From Nitrospirota bacterium (GTDB lineage: Bacteria > Nitrospirota > Thermodesulfovibrionia > Thermodesulfovibrionales > JdFR-86): a DNA stretch of 64,000 nt. The stretch lies in contig CAVRJY010000004.1 of the NCBI GenBank assembly GCA_963721805.1, positions 160,001-224,000 of the forward strand, in the 5' to 3' direction. This document shows, piece by piece, positions 11,857 to 21,190 of this stretch. Under the pieces are notes generated by a model. That model was not told the origin of the DNA. It was given only the letters and a program-made list of their open reading frames with translations, and made no database searches. Each line of letters starts with the position of its first letter. The first letter of the stretch is position 1. Both the position numbers and the translations under genes were made by a program.

Positions 11857-12642
11857 CTAGACGGGGTTGATGAAGGCCGCGAAGATCCTGTTTTTAGGCA
11901 TGTGCGCGACCGGGTCTTTCTCCGCGACCACGCGCGCGTCGCGGCCGTTCGTCAGGACGTCGACGATGCGGTCGAGCGACTTCTGGTGCAGCGCGGCCAG
12001 CTTCTTCTTCCGCGCGCCCTGTGTGACCCATCCCAGCTCGACCATGTCCATCATGCGGCCCGTCGTATGGTGCAGGAACGAGAGCGCGACCGAACCCTTG
12101 TATATCGCGGCGTTGGTCGTGAAGGTGAATATCACAGGGTCGATCGAGCGGCCGAGGAACTCGTCACCCCGGCGCCGGACCTTGCGGCTGATGGCCATAG
12201 CGCTCAGCCAGAGCATCGGGTGCACCGCGCTGTCGGCCCTGATCTCCTTGATCGCATGGCCAAGCCCCCGGTCGCCCTCGGTGAACTTGCCGTGGGCCAC
12301 GGTGTCCGCGGCGAGGTGGCTCAGATACCCGTAGCAAAACGCGCGCTCCGCGTCCGTCCCGGCCGACTCCAGCAGCCGGAAGCCGGTCTCCCAGCTATGC
12401 GAGTGGACGTCGTCCTCCATGTACTTCTTGGCGAGGACGGTGTCGGCCATGAGGTTGCCGTAGAGGAAATCCTGGCGGAATTTCTTGATCAGGCGGTAGA
12501 CGCCCGCCGGAAGGAGCGAGCCGAGGTAGAAGACCTCGGTGCCCAGGTACATATGAGTTAGCGGGCCCCACGCGAAGGCTAAGGCTGGCAGAGCCACGAT
12601 CCAAAGCACAACGATGAAGATTAAACCTAGTTTGTTGCGCAT
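11857..12642 (-). CDS. Zinc-dependent phospholipase C / S1-P1-like family secreted protein
   Basis: Signal peptide followed by WGPLTH; FLYGNLMAD, HSHSW and GYLSHLAADTVAH. Confidence 0.8.
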   Translation of the reverse strand: MRNKLGLIFIVVLWIVALPALAFAWGPLTHMYLGTEVFYLGSLLPAGVYRLIKKFRQDFLYGNLMADTVLAKKYMEDDVHSHSWETGFRLLESAGTDAERAFCYGYLSHLAADTVAHGKFTEGDRGLGHAIKEIRADSAVHPMLWLSAMAISRKVRRRGDEFLGRSIDPVIFTFTTNAAIYKGSVALSFLHHTTGRMMDMVELGWVTQGARKKKLAALHQKSLDRIVDVLTNGRDARVVAEKDPVAHMPKNRIFAAFINPV

Positions 12643-12685
12643 GTTGTAGTTTAACAATTCGGCCCCCGCCAGTACAAACAGGGGG

Positions 12686-12955
12686 TGAAAGCGCTCCAAA
12701 TCGCTTGATACTGCGTTGGGCTGCGAAGACTCGCCCTCTATGTACGTCACATCAGTCCGCTTGGTCAAGCGTCCGGGGCTTTCTACAAAGCGCTCCAAAT
12801 CGCTTGATACGTCGTTGGGTTGCGAAGACTCGCCCTCTATGTACGCCCAAGTACACCATCGGGCGGTCTTCTCGCCCCGCCTTGTCTGAAGCCGATTTGG
12901 GCGCGCTTTCGGGGGGCACGGACGAAGGACGCCCCCCGCGCCCCACAAGGTCAAA
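12686..12955 (+). repeat. Family A repeat, copy 3, with an extra 99-bp tandem partial unit
   Basis: aaagcgctccaaatcg occurs at 12688 and 12787; ends in ggtcaaa. Confidence 0.88.
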
Positions 12956-13149
12956 GGTATTGATATATATACATACTTATCGCGTGCGCGTGCGCGCGCG
13001 CATATTTTAGAGCGTTCAAGTGAACGTGCCGGTCGCGCCTCTAACCCCTTGGAAAACATCGTTTATTCGGCCTCCCCCATGTTCATGCGTTCAGAAACGT
13101 TTTCCGCGCATGATAAGCCCTCCTGTAGTCGTATTTTATACGGAGAACT

Positions 13150-13463
13150 CTCTCTGCGCATGGCCTAGTTTTCAGGGGTAAGATCGACAGGAATCACTCT
13201 GTTCGACAAATCCGATAGAATCCTGTTTCTACTCGGTCGGCACTATCACGGGCAGGGTAAAGAGATGGCGCAATGGGGATATGGTGCAGCGATGGGCGGT
13301 TTCCGCATTGTTTTGGGCCGAGAGCAAGTTCAAGCGCATAAAGGGCTACACTCAAATACCATCGTTACTGGTTGCCCTTGCAAAGAAGAATATTGACAGA
13401 AAGTAGCTGGCGGCGTAAGCTAATGCAGTTGAGTCCTTAGAGCTTCAACGGAAGCAAGGGCAT
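13150..13463 (+). mobile_element. IS256-family transposase 3' remnant with its terminal end
   Basis: Translation SLCSTNPIESCFYSVGTITGRVKRWRNGDMVQRW...AESKFKRIKGY resembles the IS256/mutator C-terminus. In-frame stop; no 5' part. Confidence 0.75.
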
Positions 13464-13497
13464 GGGCTGCAGATATTATTCCAGAAAGGAGGTATTC

Positions 13498-13719
13498 ATG
13501 ACAAAGCTAATTCGTATTTTCACCATGAAAAAAGCTATATTCATTCTCGCGATAGCCAGCTTAACGGTCGGTTACTTACTGATCACGCACACGCATGCGT
13601 CGGCCGGTGGCCATGACCAACTTTGTCTAGACAACTATAATCAATGCATAAAAGGTTGTGATGGAGCGACATCATGCAGCAATCAATGCAAAACTAACTA
13701 CGACGCTTGTATGCGTTAA
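13498..13719 (+). CDS. Small secreted protein with six Cys
   Basis: AAGGAGGT RBS; hydrophobic signal; C-x6-C-x3-C-x5-C-x3-C-x6-C. Confidence 0.7.
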   Translation: MTKLIRIFTMKKAIFILAIASLTVGYLLITHTHASAGGHDQLCLDNYNQCIKGCDGATSCSNQCKTNYDACMR

Positions 13720-13749
13720 TGAATCAAATACTCAGTTTCCCCAAATCTA

Positions 13750-13792
13750 GGGGGTGGAGTCTCAAGCGAGACTTTGCCCCCTACCTTCTTTT
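13750..13792 (+). terminator. Probable intrinsic terminator
   Basis: ggggtggagtctc-aagc-gagactttgcccc followed by a pyrimidine tract. Confidence 0.45.
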
Positions 13793-13862
13793 GACAAGCC
13801 ATGTAGGTAAGTCTGGAATCTTGGATACGACGCAAAAAAAAGATAATGCCGTATAAATTAAA

Positions 13863-13950
13863 CTTGCAAATAAAACATTGACAGGAAGAAACTTGCGGTG
13901 TAATCTAATGGCGATTGAGTCCGAGGGATCTAAACGGAATCTGGGGCAAA
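13863..13950 (+). mobile_element. Second IS256 3' end fragment with sigma70 promoter
   Basis: cttgcaaataaaacaTTGACAggaagaaacttgcggtgTAATCT...gagtcc...aacggaa, homologous to 13377-13463. Confidence 0.7.
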
Positions 13951-13984
13951 GTCCATAAAGTCCATCTTGAAGGAAGAGGTTCAT

Positions 13985-14590
13985 GTGAAAAGATATTTGT
14001 TTGTTGCGATACTTATCCTGCTATCAGGGTGTGCATCAACCCCGATAAGCCTGACAGGAGATGATCACATAATTGTTCCAGGAGAACGTGTCGGCCCCAT
14101 TCGTCTTGGCATGTCCGAGCAAGATTTGCTTAAGCTTGGAACGTCAGAAGGACCTTTTCCGTCACCGTTATACATAACGTCCCTATATGGTGGTGGATCG
14201 TCCTCTGGGATTCCAGGCATTCTATATAAATTTGGCGGAAAAATGATCTGGGTTTATTTGGAGCGAAGTAGCCATCGAGTCGTTCAGATAGACCTTGGTT
14301 ATCATGGTGATTGCGGTGTTTATCATACAGCAGAGCGTGTCAGTTGTGGGTCTTCAGACTATTACAGCATAGTTGGTGCGTTAGGCGATCCGGATAAGCG
14401 GCGTAACTGGGATTTTGGGCACCATCAATTGATGCGGATTACGTACTTTAACAGTATTCATTCACCCAGTTCATTGACAGTTTTTAATTTTGACCCTGGA
14501 AGTGATATGAGCGTAGCTCCCGTCGATAATCTGCAAGATATAAGTATGTTTGAAGGCGAGTATGGTAATTATTTTCGCGCTGGTAATTAG
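13985..14590 (+). CDS. Lipoprotein of unknown function
   Basis: GTG start after an RBS; lipobox LSGC; DHIIVPGERVGPIRLGMS. Confidence 0.75.
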   Translation: MKRYLFVAILILLSGCASTPISLTGDDHIIVPGERVGPIRLGMSEQDLLKLGTSEGPFPSPLYITSLYGGGSSSGIPGILYKFGGKMIWVYLERSSHRVVQIDLGYHGDCGVYHTAERVSCGSSDYYSIVGALGDPDKRRNWDFGHHQLMRITYFNSIHSPSSLTVFNFDPGSDMSVAPVDNLQDISMFEGEYGNYFRAGN

Positions 14591-14775
14591 TAAATACTGC
14601 AAAGTTCCGCAACCCTCATGGCCAGATTTTGCACAAGCCCTACAAGGCTGCTGAGTGAAGAAAAACAATTCATCTCTAAAGTGGTATCAAGCATTACCTT
14701 AGGGATCCGGAAGTGGTGGTCAAAACAAGGCTCTTGATAAGCTCGTAATGATAAGATAATGCTTTGCAAATAAAA

Positions 14776-14862
14776 CTTGCAAATAAACATTGACAGGAAG
14801 AAACTTGCGGTGTAGTCTAATGGCGATTGAGTCCGAGGGACTTCAACGGAATACAGGAGAAA
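14776..14862 (+). mobile_element. Third IS256 3' end fragment with sigma70 promoter
   Basis: TTGACAggaagaaacttgcggtgTAGTCT...gagtccgagggacttcaacggaa, nearly identical to the second copy. Confidence 0.7.
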
Positions 14863-14972
14863 CCTTCAATTAACCAGCCAGAAATAGTACTTCCTGTTGA
14901 GTCAGGTATCGTACCTGTAGTCGTACCAGTTTCTGATTTTATTCAGGACTTAATAACTATGGAGGCTGCCCA

Positions 14973-15140
14973 ATGGCTAAAACTTATTTTGCACTCCTAT
15001 GTGTCTCGATAATAATGATATTGGCTGGATGTGCAAGCGTGACTAGCGTATCAGATGCTGATCTGCAAATGCGGCAACAAGCTGTGGCAAGAACGGATAG
15101 GCTTATCGTCCCCGGCGGGCAGGCGATGAGGATTTTGTAG
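14973..15140 (+). pseudogene. Truncated lipoprotein related to 13985-14590
   Basis: GGAGG RBS; MAKTYFALLCVSIIMILAGC...DRLIVPG, then an abrupt change and a stop. Confidence 0.55.
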
Positions 15141-15411
15141 ATGATGCGGAAGAGTTATTTGATCTCCTCCAGCCTAGGGTCGCAATCTATGAGGAAACTC
15201 TCGCAAAGCACGGTTTAGAACTGCCATATCCGGGGCCAGTGATCGAGAAGAGTTAGAGCCATATTATCGATGGTTCGGGGACGAAGGACTAAGGGTAATC
15301 CGATACCGCATATTCTGGTTAGGGCCATTACAAGGACAAGATTATTGCCTCTATTTTTTGGAGTGCTGTTGTTGGCGAACTGAGTGACACATTCAACTTA
15401 AGGAGCTAAGG

Positions 15412-15936
15412 ATGTTTAGTAGTGGCGAGAGTAGAATACCGGACGTAACTACGCATAAGGGGTTAGCGCAAGCTCTCCGATGGGCTGAGGAAGCTGCAAA
15501 AACTCCAAACACAGAGGTGCAGTTCTCGGGGGTGAGGGCATGCGTATTAACAAATGTACAGATAGATTTTAATCTTTTCTATCGGCTCCTTAAAATCAAA
15601 CCAGGGCTGCCCCACAGCAAGGGTAGCCATTACATAAGACGAACGGTAGAATTCTCAGAAATTCTGGCTGAAAGAGGTATTGAGGACACAGCTGAAAACC
15701 GTCAGAAACTTGAAAATGATATTCATAACCTTATGTGTAGTATATCGATGAAGTCTGACAAAGGAGCGGCTATGTTCACGTTAATAGACAGGTATATTCG
15801 ACAGACGCATATAGTCCAGTTTGCAGCCTTTACATGCATTGATGATGTTGCTGCAAAGCTCCAAGAAACTGGAATGGATGCCCGGGATTACTTCAAGGTG
15901 CTTTTGAGCGCTTCCAAAAACCAGCCACTCTTTTGA
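15412..15936 (+). CDS. Hypothetical protein
   Basis: 174-aa ORF in AT-rich DNA with an AAGGAG RBS; no motif recognised. Confidence 0.6.
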   Translation: MFSSGESRIPDVTTHKGLAQALRWAEEAAKTPNTEVQFSGVRACVLTNVQIDFNLFYRLLKIKPGLPHSKGSHYIRRTVEFSEILAERGIEDTAENRQKLENDIHNLMCSISMKSDKGAAMFTLIDRYIRQTHIVQFAAFTCIDDVAAKLQETGMDARDYFKVLLSASKNQPLF

Positions 15937-15998
15937 ACGCTAATACGGTTTAATCTTTTCACGCTGGATCATGCGCGACTCGGTGAAACCTCCTTTGT

Positions 15999-16565
15999 TT
16001 ATCTAAACAAAGCTCCCGACAGAAGTACAATGTCCACGACAATTAGCCCTGCCACCGCTAATCCTACCAGCGGATCAAGCATTGCCGCCAGCCATCCTAT
16101 GTATTGCAGCCCGAAGCCCGCGAGTATGCCTAACACATAACCAGCTGAAAGCCCCGCAACACCTGTCAGCAGGCCATGAAAGAGGGTATAGTGTTCAAGC
16201 GTACTGATGAAAATCCCGGCAGACAGCCCTGCGAATACGAAGAAAAAAAAGAAGCCTACAAGAAAACCGGCATAAGACGGAGATTCTCCCCATCTGGACG
16301 AGATGCTCATGACGAGCAGTGCCAGAATTCCCGCCATGCCAATGCCGCTGGCTATCCAGCCTACAATTGATCCTTGTGAGAGTCCTGCTGGGACACCTAT
16401 GGCTATAAGGATGGTACAAACTGCTAAGGCGATGTAGAATTCAGTAAACGAGCTGAAACCTGACTTCGACTCTTGATTAGGACGAATCCGGCTCCACAGG
16501 AATGCGGGAAAGAAGCGGGCATGGAATTCAACGGATAAGAACCTCGGAGGATTACTATCTACCAT
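15999..16565 (-). CDS. Hypothetical multi-pass membrane protein
   Basis: AAGGAG RBS before MVDSNPP; about five hydrophobic segments. Confidence 0.7.
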   Translation of the reverse strand: MVDSNPPRFLSVEFHARFFPAFLWSRIRPNQESKSGFSSFTEFYIALAVCTILIAIGVPAGLSQGSIVGWIASGIGMAGILALLVMSISSRWGESPSYAGFLVGFFFFFVFAGLSAGIFISTLEHYTLFHGLLTGVAGLSAGYVLGILAGFGLQYIGWLAAMLDPLVGLAVAGLIVVDIVLLSGALFR

Positions 16566-16820
16566 ATTGTCTCCTTTTACCGTTACCATGTGAACTTGAT
16601 AGAGTATGCCGCTACTCATAGTCCTAAAGCAACAATATACGGATATCGCGCCGTAGCCTCCCATCTTCTCTCAGATGGTATCTTGGCACTCTCGCCTGTG
16701 ACAGGGGCTAATTGCTAATTCTCACCCCTCCCACTTGGGGATGAGCCGCACTTATCAATGCCGTTTACCGCTCGCACGATTCCACATCAGCAACTTAAAG
16801 CGCGAGATCAATTTAATGCC

Positions 16821-16994
16821 GTTGACATTGGGGTGCGGGGTCCAGCGGCTGTGCCGCGTCTAACCCCGCAAAGCGCGCCCAAATTGTCTTCAGACAAGGC
16901 AGGGCGAGAAGACCGCCCGATGGTGTACTGTGACGTACATAGAGGGCGAGTCTTTGATGCCCAACGAAGTATCAAGCGATTTGGCGCGCTTTCA
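16821..16994 (-). repeat. Family A repeat, copy 4 (inverted)
   Basis: gttgac...aaagcgcgcccaaattg...gatggtgtactgtgacgtacat...cgatttggcgcgcttt. Confidence 0.85.
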
Positions 16995-16998
16995 TCTC

Positions 16999-17283
16999 TT
17001 AACTTTTGTATACCTCATCATGGCTGCCCACATCGAGAAGTATGATCTCACCGTCCCCGATCAAAACGGTAAGCGCAATCCTGTAGCTGCCGGTGATGCT
17101 GACCGCCTGTATCCCCTTCAGCTTTCCCCCCAATGGGTGAAGCGCCAGGCTGGGTGCGAATGGGTCTCGCTCCAGTTGGCGGAGCGTGGCGGCGAACCTG
17201 GCGTTCAGGTCGGGGTGCTTCTTCATGAACTTCCGGGCCGCGCGGACAAAGGACGCCGTCCATACGAGTTTAAACACCCTCAA
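16999..17283 (-). CDS. RelE/YafQ-like type II toxin
   Basis: FKLVWTASFVRAARK, LHPLGGKL, SITGSYRI and DVGSHDEVY. Confidence 0.88.
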   Translation of the reverse strand: MRVFKLVWTASFVRAARKFMKKHPDLNARFAATLRQLERDPFAPSLALHPLGGKLKGIQAVSITGSYRIALTVLIGDGEIILLDVGSHDEVYKS

Positions 17284-17536
17284 GCCCCAGCTCCTTGATT
17301 AAATCCTTTGCCGTCCCGCGCTTTACCCTCCCGGCCTTGACGTCCTTGAGCGATGCCGCAAGCCGCGCGGCATAGGCCTCGCCCTCGGCCTCGGTGAGTT
17401 CACGGTAACGCTCCTCGGTCAGGACGACGTACTGAAGCTGGTTGTTCTTTATGATGTGTACAGCGCCGTCCTTGATGATATCGTCAACGGCGGAGATGCC
17501 CCTCCTCTTTATGTCCTGCGCCGCCAGGGTATTCAT
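17270..17536 (-). CDS. Phd/YefM-like antitoxin
   Basis: AQDIKRRG...AVHIIKNN...YVVLTEERY; overlaps the toxin gene. Confidence 0.85.
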   Translation of the reverse strand: MNTLAAQDIKRRGISAVDDIIKDGAVHIIKNNQLQYVVLTEERYRELTEAEGEAYAARLAASLKDVKAGRVKRGTAKDLIKELGLEGV

Positions 17537-17630
17537 ATCGGTACTCCTTTCGATACTTTTAATAGTACCTTAAATATATCATTAGCGCAGCTAAATATCA
17601 AGCCTTGATAGAGCCCTGTATAATTGAAAT

Positions 17631-18224
17631 ATGAGCCCCTTATTAGCCTTCATCGTCAAATACGCCTACCTGGGCATCTTCGTTGCCTTGGGGTTGGGAA
17701 TCGTGGGCCTGCCCGTCCCCAACGAAACCGTCCAGGCGTTTGCAGGGTATCTCTGCTACAAGGGCGAGCTGAGCCTCGCCCCGGCGATCCTTGCCGGGTT
17801 CCTCGGCACCTCGTTTGGCATCACTGTGGGCTTCGCGGCAGGAAGGCTCTACGGCCGTTCGCTGCTCGAGAGACACCTGCGGCGGCTGCACATCAGCCCG
17901 GAGCGCCTCAGCAGGGCGCGGCAGTGGTATGCGCGCTACGGCGGGACGATGCTGTTTTTCGGGTACTTCGTCCCCGGCGTGAGGCACCTCGTCGCTATCG
18001 TCTCGGGGCTCTCGCTCACCCCGTTTCGCACCTTCGCCCTGATCGCATACACCGGGGGGATGCTCTGGACGCTGCTGTTTACCGGCCTCGGGTACTACCT
18101 CGGCGAGAATTGGCAGGGCATGGAGCATTACCTCTACGGCCATATAATCCCGATCGCGCTGGCCCTGCTGCTGGTCTCGCCCCTGATCGCGATGTGGCTC
18201 ACGAGGGCCCGCACAAGGCGCTGA
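17631..18224 (+). CDS. DedA family membrane protein
   Basis: Motifs GLPVPNE and FGYFVPGVRH. Confidence 0.9.
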   Translation: MSPLLAFIVKYAYLGIFVALGLGIVGLPVPNETVQAFAGYLCYKGELSLAPAILAGFLGTSFGITVGFAAGRLYGRSLLERHLRRLHISPERLSRARQWYARYGGTMLFFGYFVPGVRHLVAIVSGLSLTPFRTFALIAYTGGMLWTLLFTGLGYYLGENWQGMEHYLYGHIIPIALALLLVSPLIAMWLTRARTRR

Positions 18225-18272
18225 AAAACAAACCGGGCGCCGGCCCTCTCGGAACCGGCACCCAGTTTGCTT
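18225..18272. terminator. Probable bidirectional terminator
   Basis: aaacaaaccgggcgccgg...ccggcacccagtttgctt between convergent genes. Confidence 0.55.
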
Positions 18273-18302
18273 CTCACACGGGCGCGTTAGGGCGGTTAGC
18301 CC

Positions 18303-19448
18303 TTACTGCTGCCCGTGGCAGAGGGTGTTGTTGAAGCAGTCGTATTTCTTCCCCGCGGGGAGGGGTGAAACGCCGTGGCAGAGAGCGCACACCACGGCGT
18401 TCGCCCTTGAGGTATTGGTATGGGTATAGACGTCATCCCTCCAGGGCGACAGCGGATGAGGCGTGCCCAAGCCGCCGTGGCAGGAATAACAATCTTGTCC
18501 TGATTGTCCGCCGTTTAAGGTATCACCGTGGCAGCTCTGGCAGGTGATGAAGCTCTGTATCGCGTTGTCAGCGTTCGGAGCGGGCGCAAGCTTCGCGGCG
18601 ATGCCGTGCGGCTGCGGGTCGCCTTCGGCGGCGTTCCAGCCGTCCGGGTGCGGGTCGATGACGCTGTGGCAGAGCGTGTTGTTAAAACATTCAGAGGGCA
18701 CGTCGAGCGGCACCCCGGCCCCGGAATCGTCCCGGTGGCAAAATGCGCATACGGGCGCGTTAGCGGTATCGGTGGTTATGTGCCTAAGCACATTGGGCCC
18801 CGGGTCTTGATCGTCGACAGGCCCCCATGGCGGGGTATCCGAATGCGGGGCGTCGAGGCCGTGGCAGCCGAAGCATGATGGGGCGAAGGCCGTGCCCGTG
18901 ACCACGCCATCGAAGGCGACTCCGTGGCATGCCGGAGTATTGCACGAGGCGAACCCCAGAAACTCGCTGCCGTCGGGCCTGGCCTTCGCGGCCGCGCCGT
19001 GCTGGTCGCGGTCCAGCCAGTCTCTTGGGTGGACGTGGCAGAGCGTGGCGTTGAAGCACCCGATCTCGGTGCCATCAGGGGCCGGGGCCGGGTTATTGTT
19101 GTGATGGCAGAGGGCGCATACCGGGGCATTGCCCTCGTTCGTGTTAGTGTGCTCAGCGAGCCAGACCTCGGCCTCGGGATGAGGAGCCGGCACGCCGTGG
19201 CAGCCGAAGCAAGACACCTCAGAGCTGCCGCCGCTGAAATCCGAGCCGTGGCAGGCCTCGCATGCCGCGAAACCGTCGTTAGCGGTGGGCGCCTCTTTGG
19301 CTACCTTCCCGTGGTCGTCGAGCCAGTCGCCGACGTGTTTGCCGGTATCGGGGTTGTTGTGGGAGCTGCCGTTTTTGGTGCTGCAGGCCGTCAGCGCGGC
19401 TATCGCCAGGGCTACGAGCATTATCTTAAAGAGTGTCTTTATCATCAT
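18303..19448 (-). CDS. Multiheme c-type cytochrome lipoprotein with up to 12 hemes in three repeats
   Basis: Lipobox LTAC; 8 CxxCH, 1 CX4CH and 3 CX5CH motifs. Confidence 0.9.
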   Translation of the reverse strand: MMIKTLFKIMLVALAIAALTACSTKNGSSHNNPDTGKHVGDWLDDHGKVAKEAPTANDGFAACEACHGSDFSGGSSEVSCFGCHGVPAPHPEAEVWLAEHTNTNEGNAPVCALCHHNNNPAPAPDGTEIGCFNATLCHVHPRDWLDRDQHGAAAKARPDGSEFLGFASCNTPACHGVAFDGVVTGTAFAPSCFGCHGLDAPHSDTPPWGPVDDQDPGPNVLRHITTDTANAPVCAFCHRDDSGAGVPLDVPSECFNNTLCHSVIDPHPDGWNAAEGDPQPHGIAAKLAPAPNADNAIQSFITCQSCHGDTLNGGQSGQDCYSCHGGLGTPHPLSPWRDDVYTHTNTSRANAVVCALCHGVSPLPAGKKYDCFNNTLCHGQQ

Positions 19449-19885
19449 CTGTGGCACGCCTTGCACCGCGCGTTGTTGCCCCTGCCGTGGCACCTGAAGC
19501 AGGGCGCGGGGTCTATCTGCGCGTCTATCATGTGCCTGCTGACGTAGTCGCCCCTGTGCGGCATGTCCATGTCGGGCGAGTCCTTATGCTTGTCGCTGGG
19601 CTTGATCTCTTCCTTGGTGGCATGGCAGTCGGCGCAGAAGGCCTCGAGATGGCATGCGCCGCAGACGAGAGGGTTTTGGCGCGCGCGGAACTTGTGCATC
19701 GTCGACCAGTCCGAGGCGTGGTCCATCTCGGGCCACTTGTCCGGATGGCACGAGCTGCATATCGGCATCGTCGTCAGCTCTATCGGGTGCTTCTGGATCG
19801 CGAATGAGGTGCCGTAAAGCGCGGCGACCGCGACGAATGCAAGAGCCGAGATGAACAGAAACTTTATGCGGGCTGATTTATTCAC
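19445..19885 (-). CDS. Pentaheme c-type cytochrome, exported
   Basis: Signal peptide; CSSCH, CGACH, CADCH, CFRCH and CKACH. Confidence 0.92.
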   Translation of the reverse strand: MNKSARIKFLFISALAFVAVAALYGTSFAIQKHPIELTTMPICSSCHPDKWPEMDHASDWSTMHKFRARQNPLVCGACHLEAFCADCHATKEEIKPSDKHKDSPDMDMPHRGDYVSRHMIDAQIDPAPCFRCHGRGNNARCKACHR

Positions 19886-19888
19886 CCC

Positions 19889-21184
19889 TTACCCCTTTCC
19901 GAACTTGTATATGAATTTCAGCATGCCCCTGACGTCCTCATCGAAGTAGGGGCTCTTTTCAAACTCGACGTCGCCCGCCAGCCGGATATTTTTCGTGAAG
20001 TTATACCCGAGCGAGCCGACGATTGCATACGCGTCAGAGACGCGGTTTATCTTCCTGTCATAGTTCACGTCCAGGAGGTCGGCCGTGAGGTCGAAGTTGT
20101 ATAGCTTCCCGGTCGCGTACGTCCGGTACTGGTTGTACCTGAGCCCGTCCTCGTTGCCGTCCATCCTGTCTACCGAGACCCCGGCCGTGAAATTGTCACC
20201 CAGCATGTACTTTATCGTGCCGCCAAAGTTCTGGGCCGAGCCCGAGACCTTGTAATCGTAATTTTTATACCTGAACGTGAAGCTCAGCTCCTCGATCACG
20301 AAGAACTCGACGCTGCCGCCGCCCATGTCGTAAGTCTCCTTGGGGTTGAGGTTCAGGCGGTCAAACGCGCTCAGCGTCGTCGCGGCGAAGTAGTACCTGT
20401 AATCGACGTGCGAATAATCCCCGCCGAAGCGGACCTTGTCGAGCACCTTCACGCCGTCGATCTCGGGGACAGAGAACGGGCCGAGGGTCAGGTGGTAGGT
20501 GTGCTCCATCCAGCCCTCGTCCCTGACGTTGTAGTTGGAGTTGCCCTGGATGTCGAGGAATGAGATCGGGCGGACCCAGGAGTCGATCCCGGCCTCTTCC
20601 CTGAACGCATGGCTGTCACTCTGCTCCTGAAGGTAGGACGCCCCTATCTTGAAATACTTGTCCATCCCGTACGCGACCCTGCCGCCGTAAATGAAGTCGC
20701 CCCGGCGGCTGGTGGGGTCGGCGTAAAGGTTGACCGGCGAGCCGGTATACGCCGAGATGTCGAGGCCCTTGACCGGCTCGACCCTGGCGTAGGCGCCGTC
20801 AACCTGCTCGGCCGCGACGCCCTCGAACACGTATAGCCTGCCGAGCCTGAAGCGGGACTTGATGGCGTCGACCCCGAGGTCAAGGTAGGCGTAGTTGAGG
20901 TCGTCGTTAAACCTGTCCTCCGCCCTCCTGTCGCCGAGGTCCTCCCTGACCCAGCCGTTAATATGGAAGGACAGGTCCTGCCCGGCGATGTTGTCGACGT
21001 TGAAGGTCAGGTATTCATAAAACGGGACGAGGTGGTCGCCGTTGAACGCCTCGCGGGCCATCAGATACGAGCTGGATTCGCCCGAATAGTCCATGGCCCT
21101 GGCCATGCCGGGGACTAGCAAAAACAGCATGGCCGCTATAACCATACAGCTTTTCTGAACTTTTCGACTCTTTTGTGTCTCCAT
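19889..21184 (-). CDS. Outer-membrane beta-barrel, probably cytochrome-associated porin
   Basis: Signal peptide; amphipathic aromatic-rich beta strands; ends in FIYKF-GKG; co-oriented with two cytochrome genes. Confidence 0.75.
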   Translation of the reverse strand: METQKSRKVQKSCMVIAAMLFLLVPGMARAMDYSGESSSYLMAREAFNGDHLVPFYEYLTFNVDNIAGQDLSFHINGWVREDLGDRRAEDRFNDDLNYAYLDLGVDAIKSRFRLGRLYVFEGVAAEQVDGAYARVEPVKGLDISAYTGSPVNLYADPTSRRGDFIYGGRVAYGMDKYFKIGASYLQEQSDSHAFREEAGIDSWVRPISFLDIQGNSNYNVRDEGWMEHTYHLTLGPFSVPEIDGVKVLDKVRFGGDYSHVDYRYYFAATTLSAFDRLNLNPKETYDMGGGSVEFFVIEELSFTFRYKNYDYKVSGSAQNFGGTIKYMLGDNFTAGVSVDRMDGNEDGLRYNQYRTYATGKLYNFDLTADLLDVNYDRKINRVSDAYAIVGSLGYNFTKNIRLAGDVEFEKSPYFDEDVRGMLKFIYKFGKG

Positions 21185-21190
21185 TCACAG

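Noticed and set aside
12686..12955. Tandem repeats as a CRISPR array
   Set aside because: Only two long units, and the intervening sequence is the same at 29266-29536, so there are no unique spacers. No cas genes in the window.
13377..14862. Repeated segments as integron attC sites
   Set aside because: They lack paired RYYYAAC/GTTRRRY cores, no integrase is present, and they are explained by the IS256 3' end.
16683..16712. CIRCE element (ttggcactc...ggggctaa)
   Set aside because: The spacer is 11 nt rather than 9, the right arm is degenerate, and no chaperone gene is adjacent.
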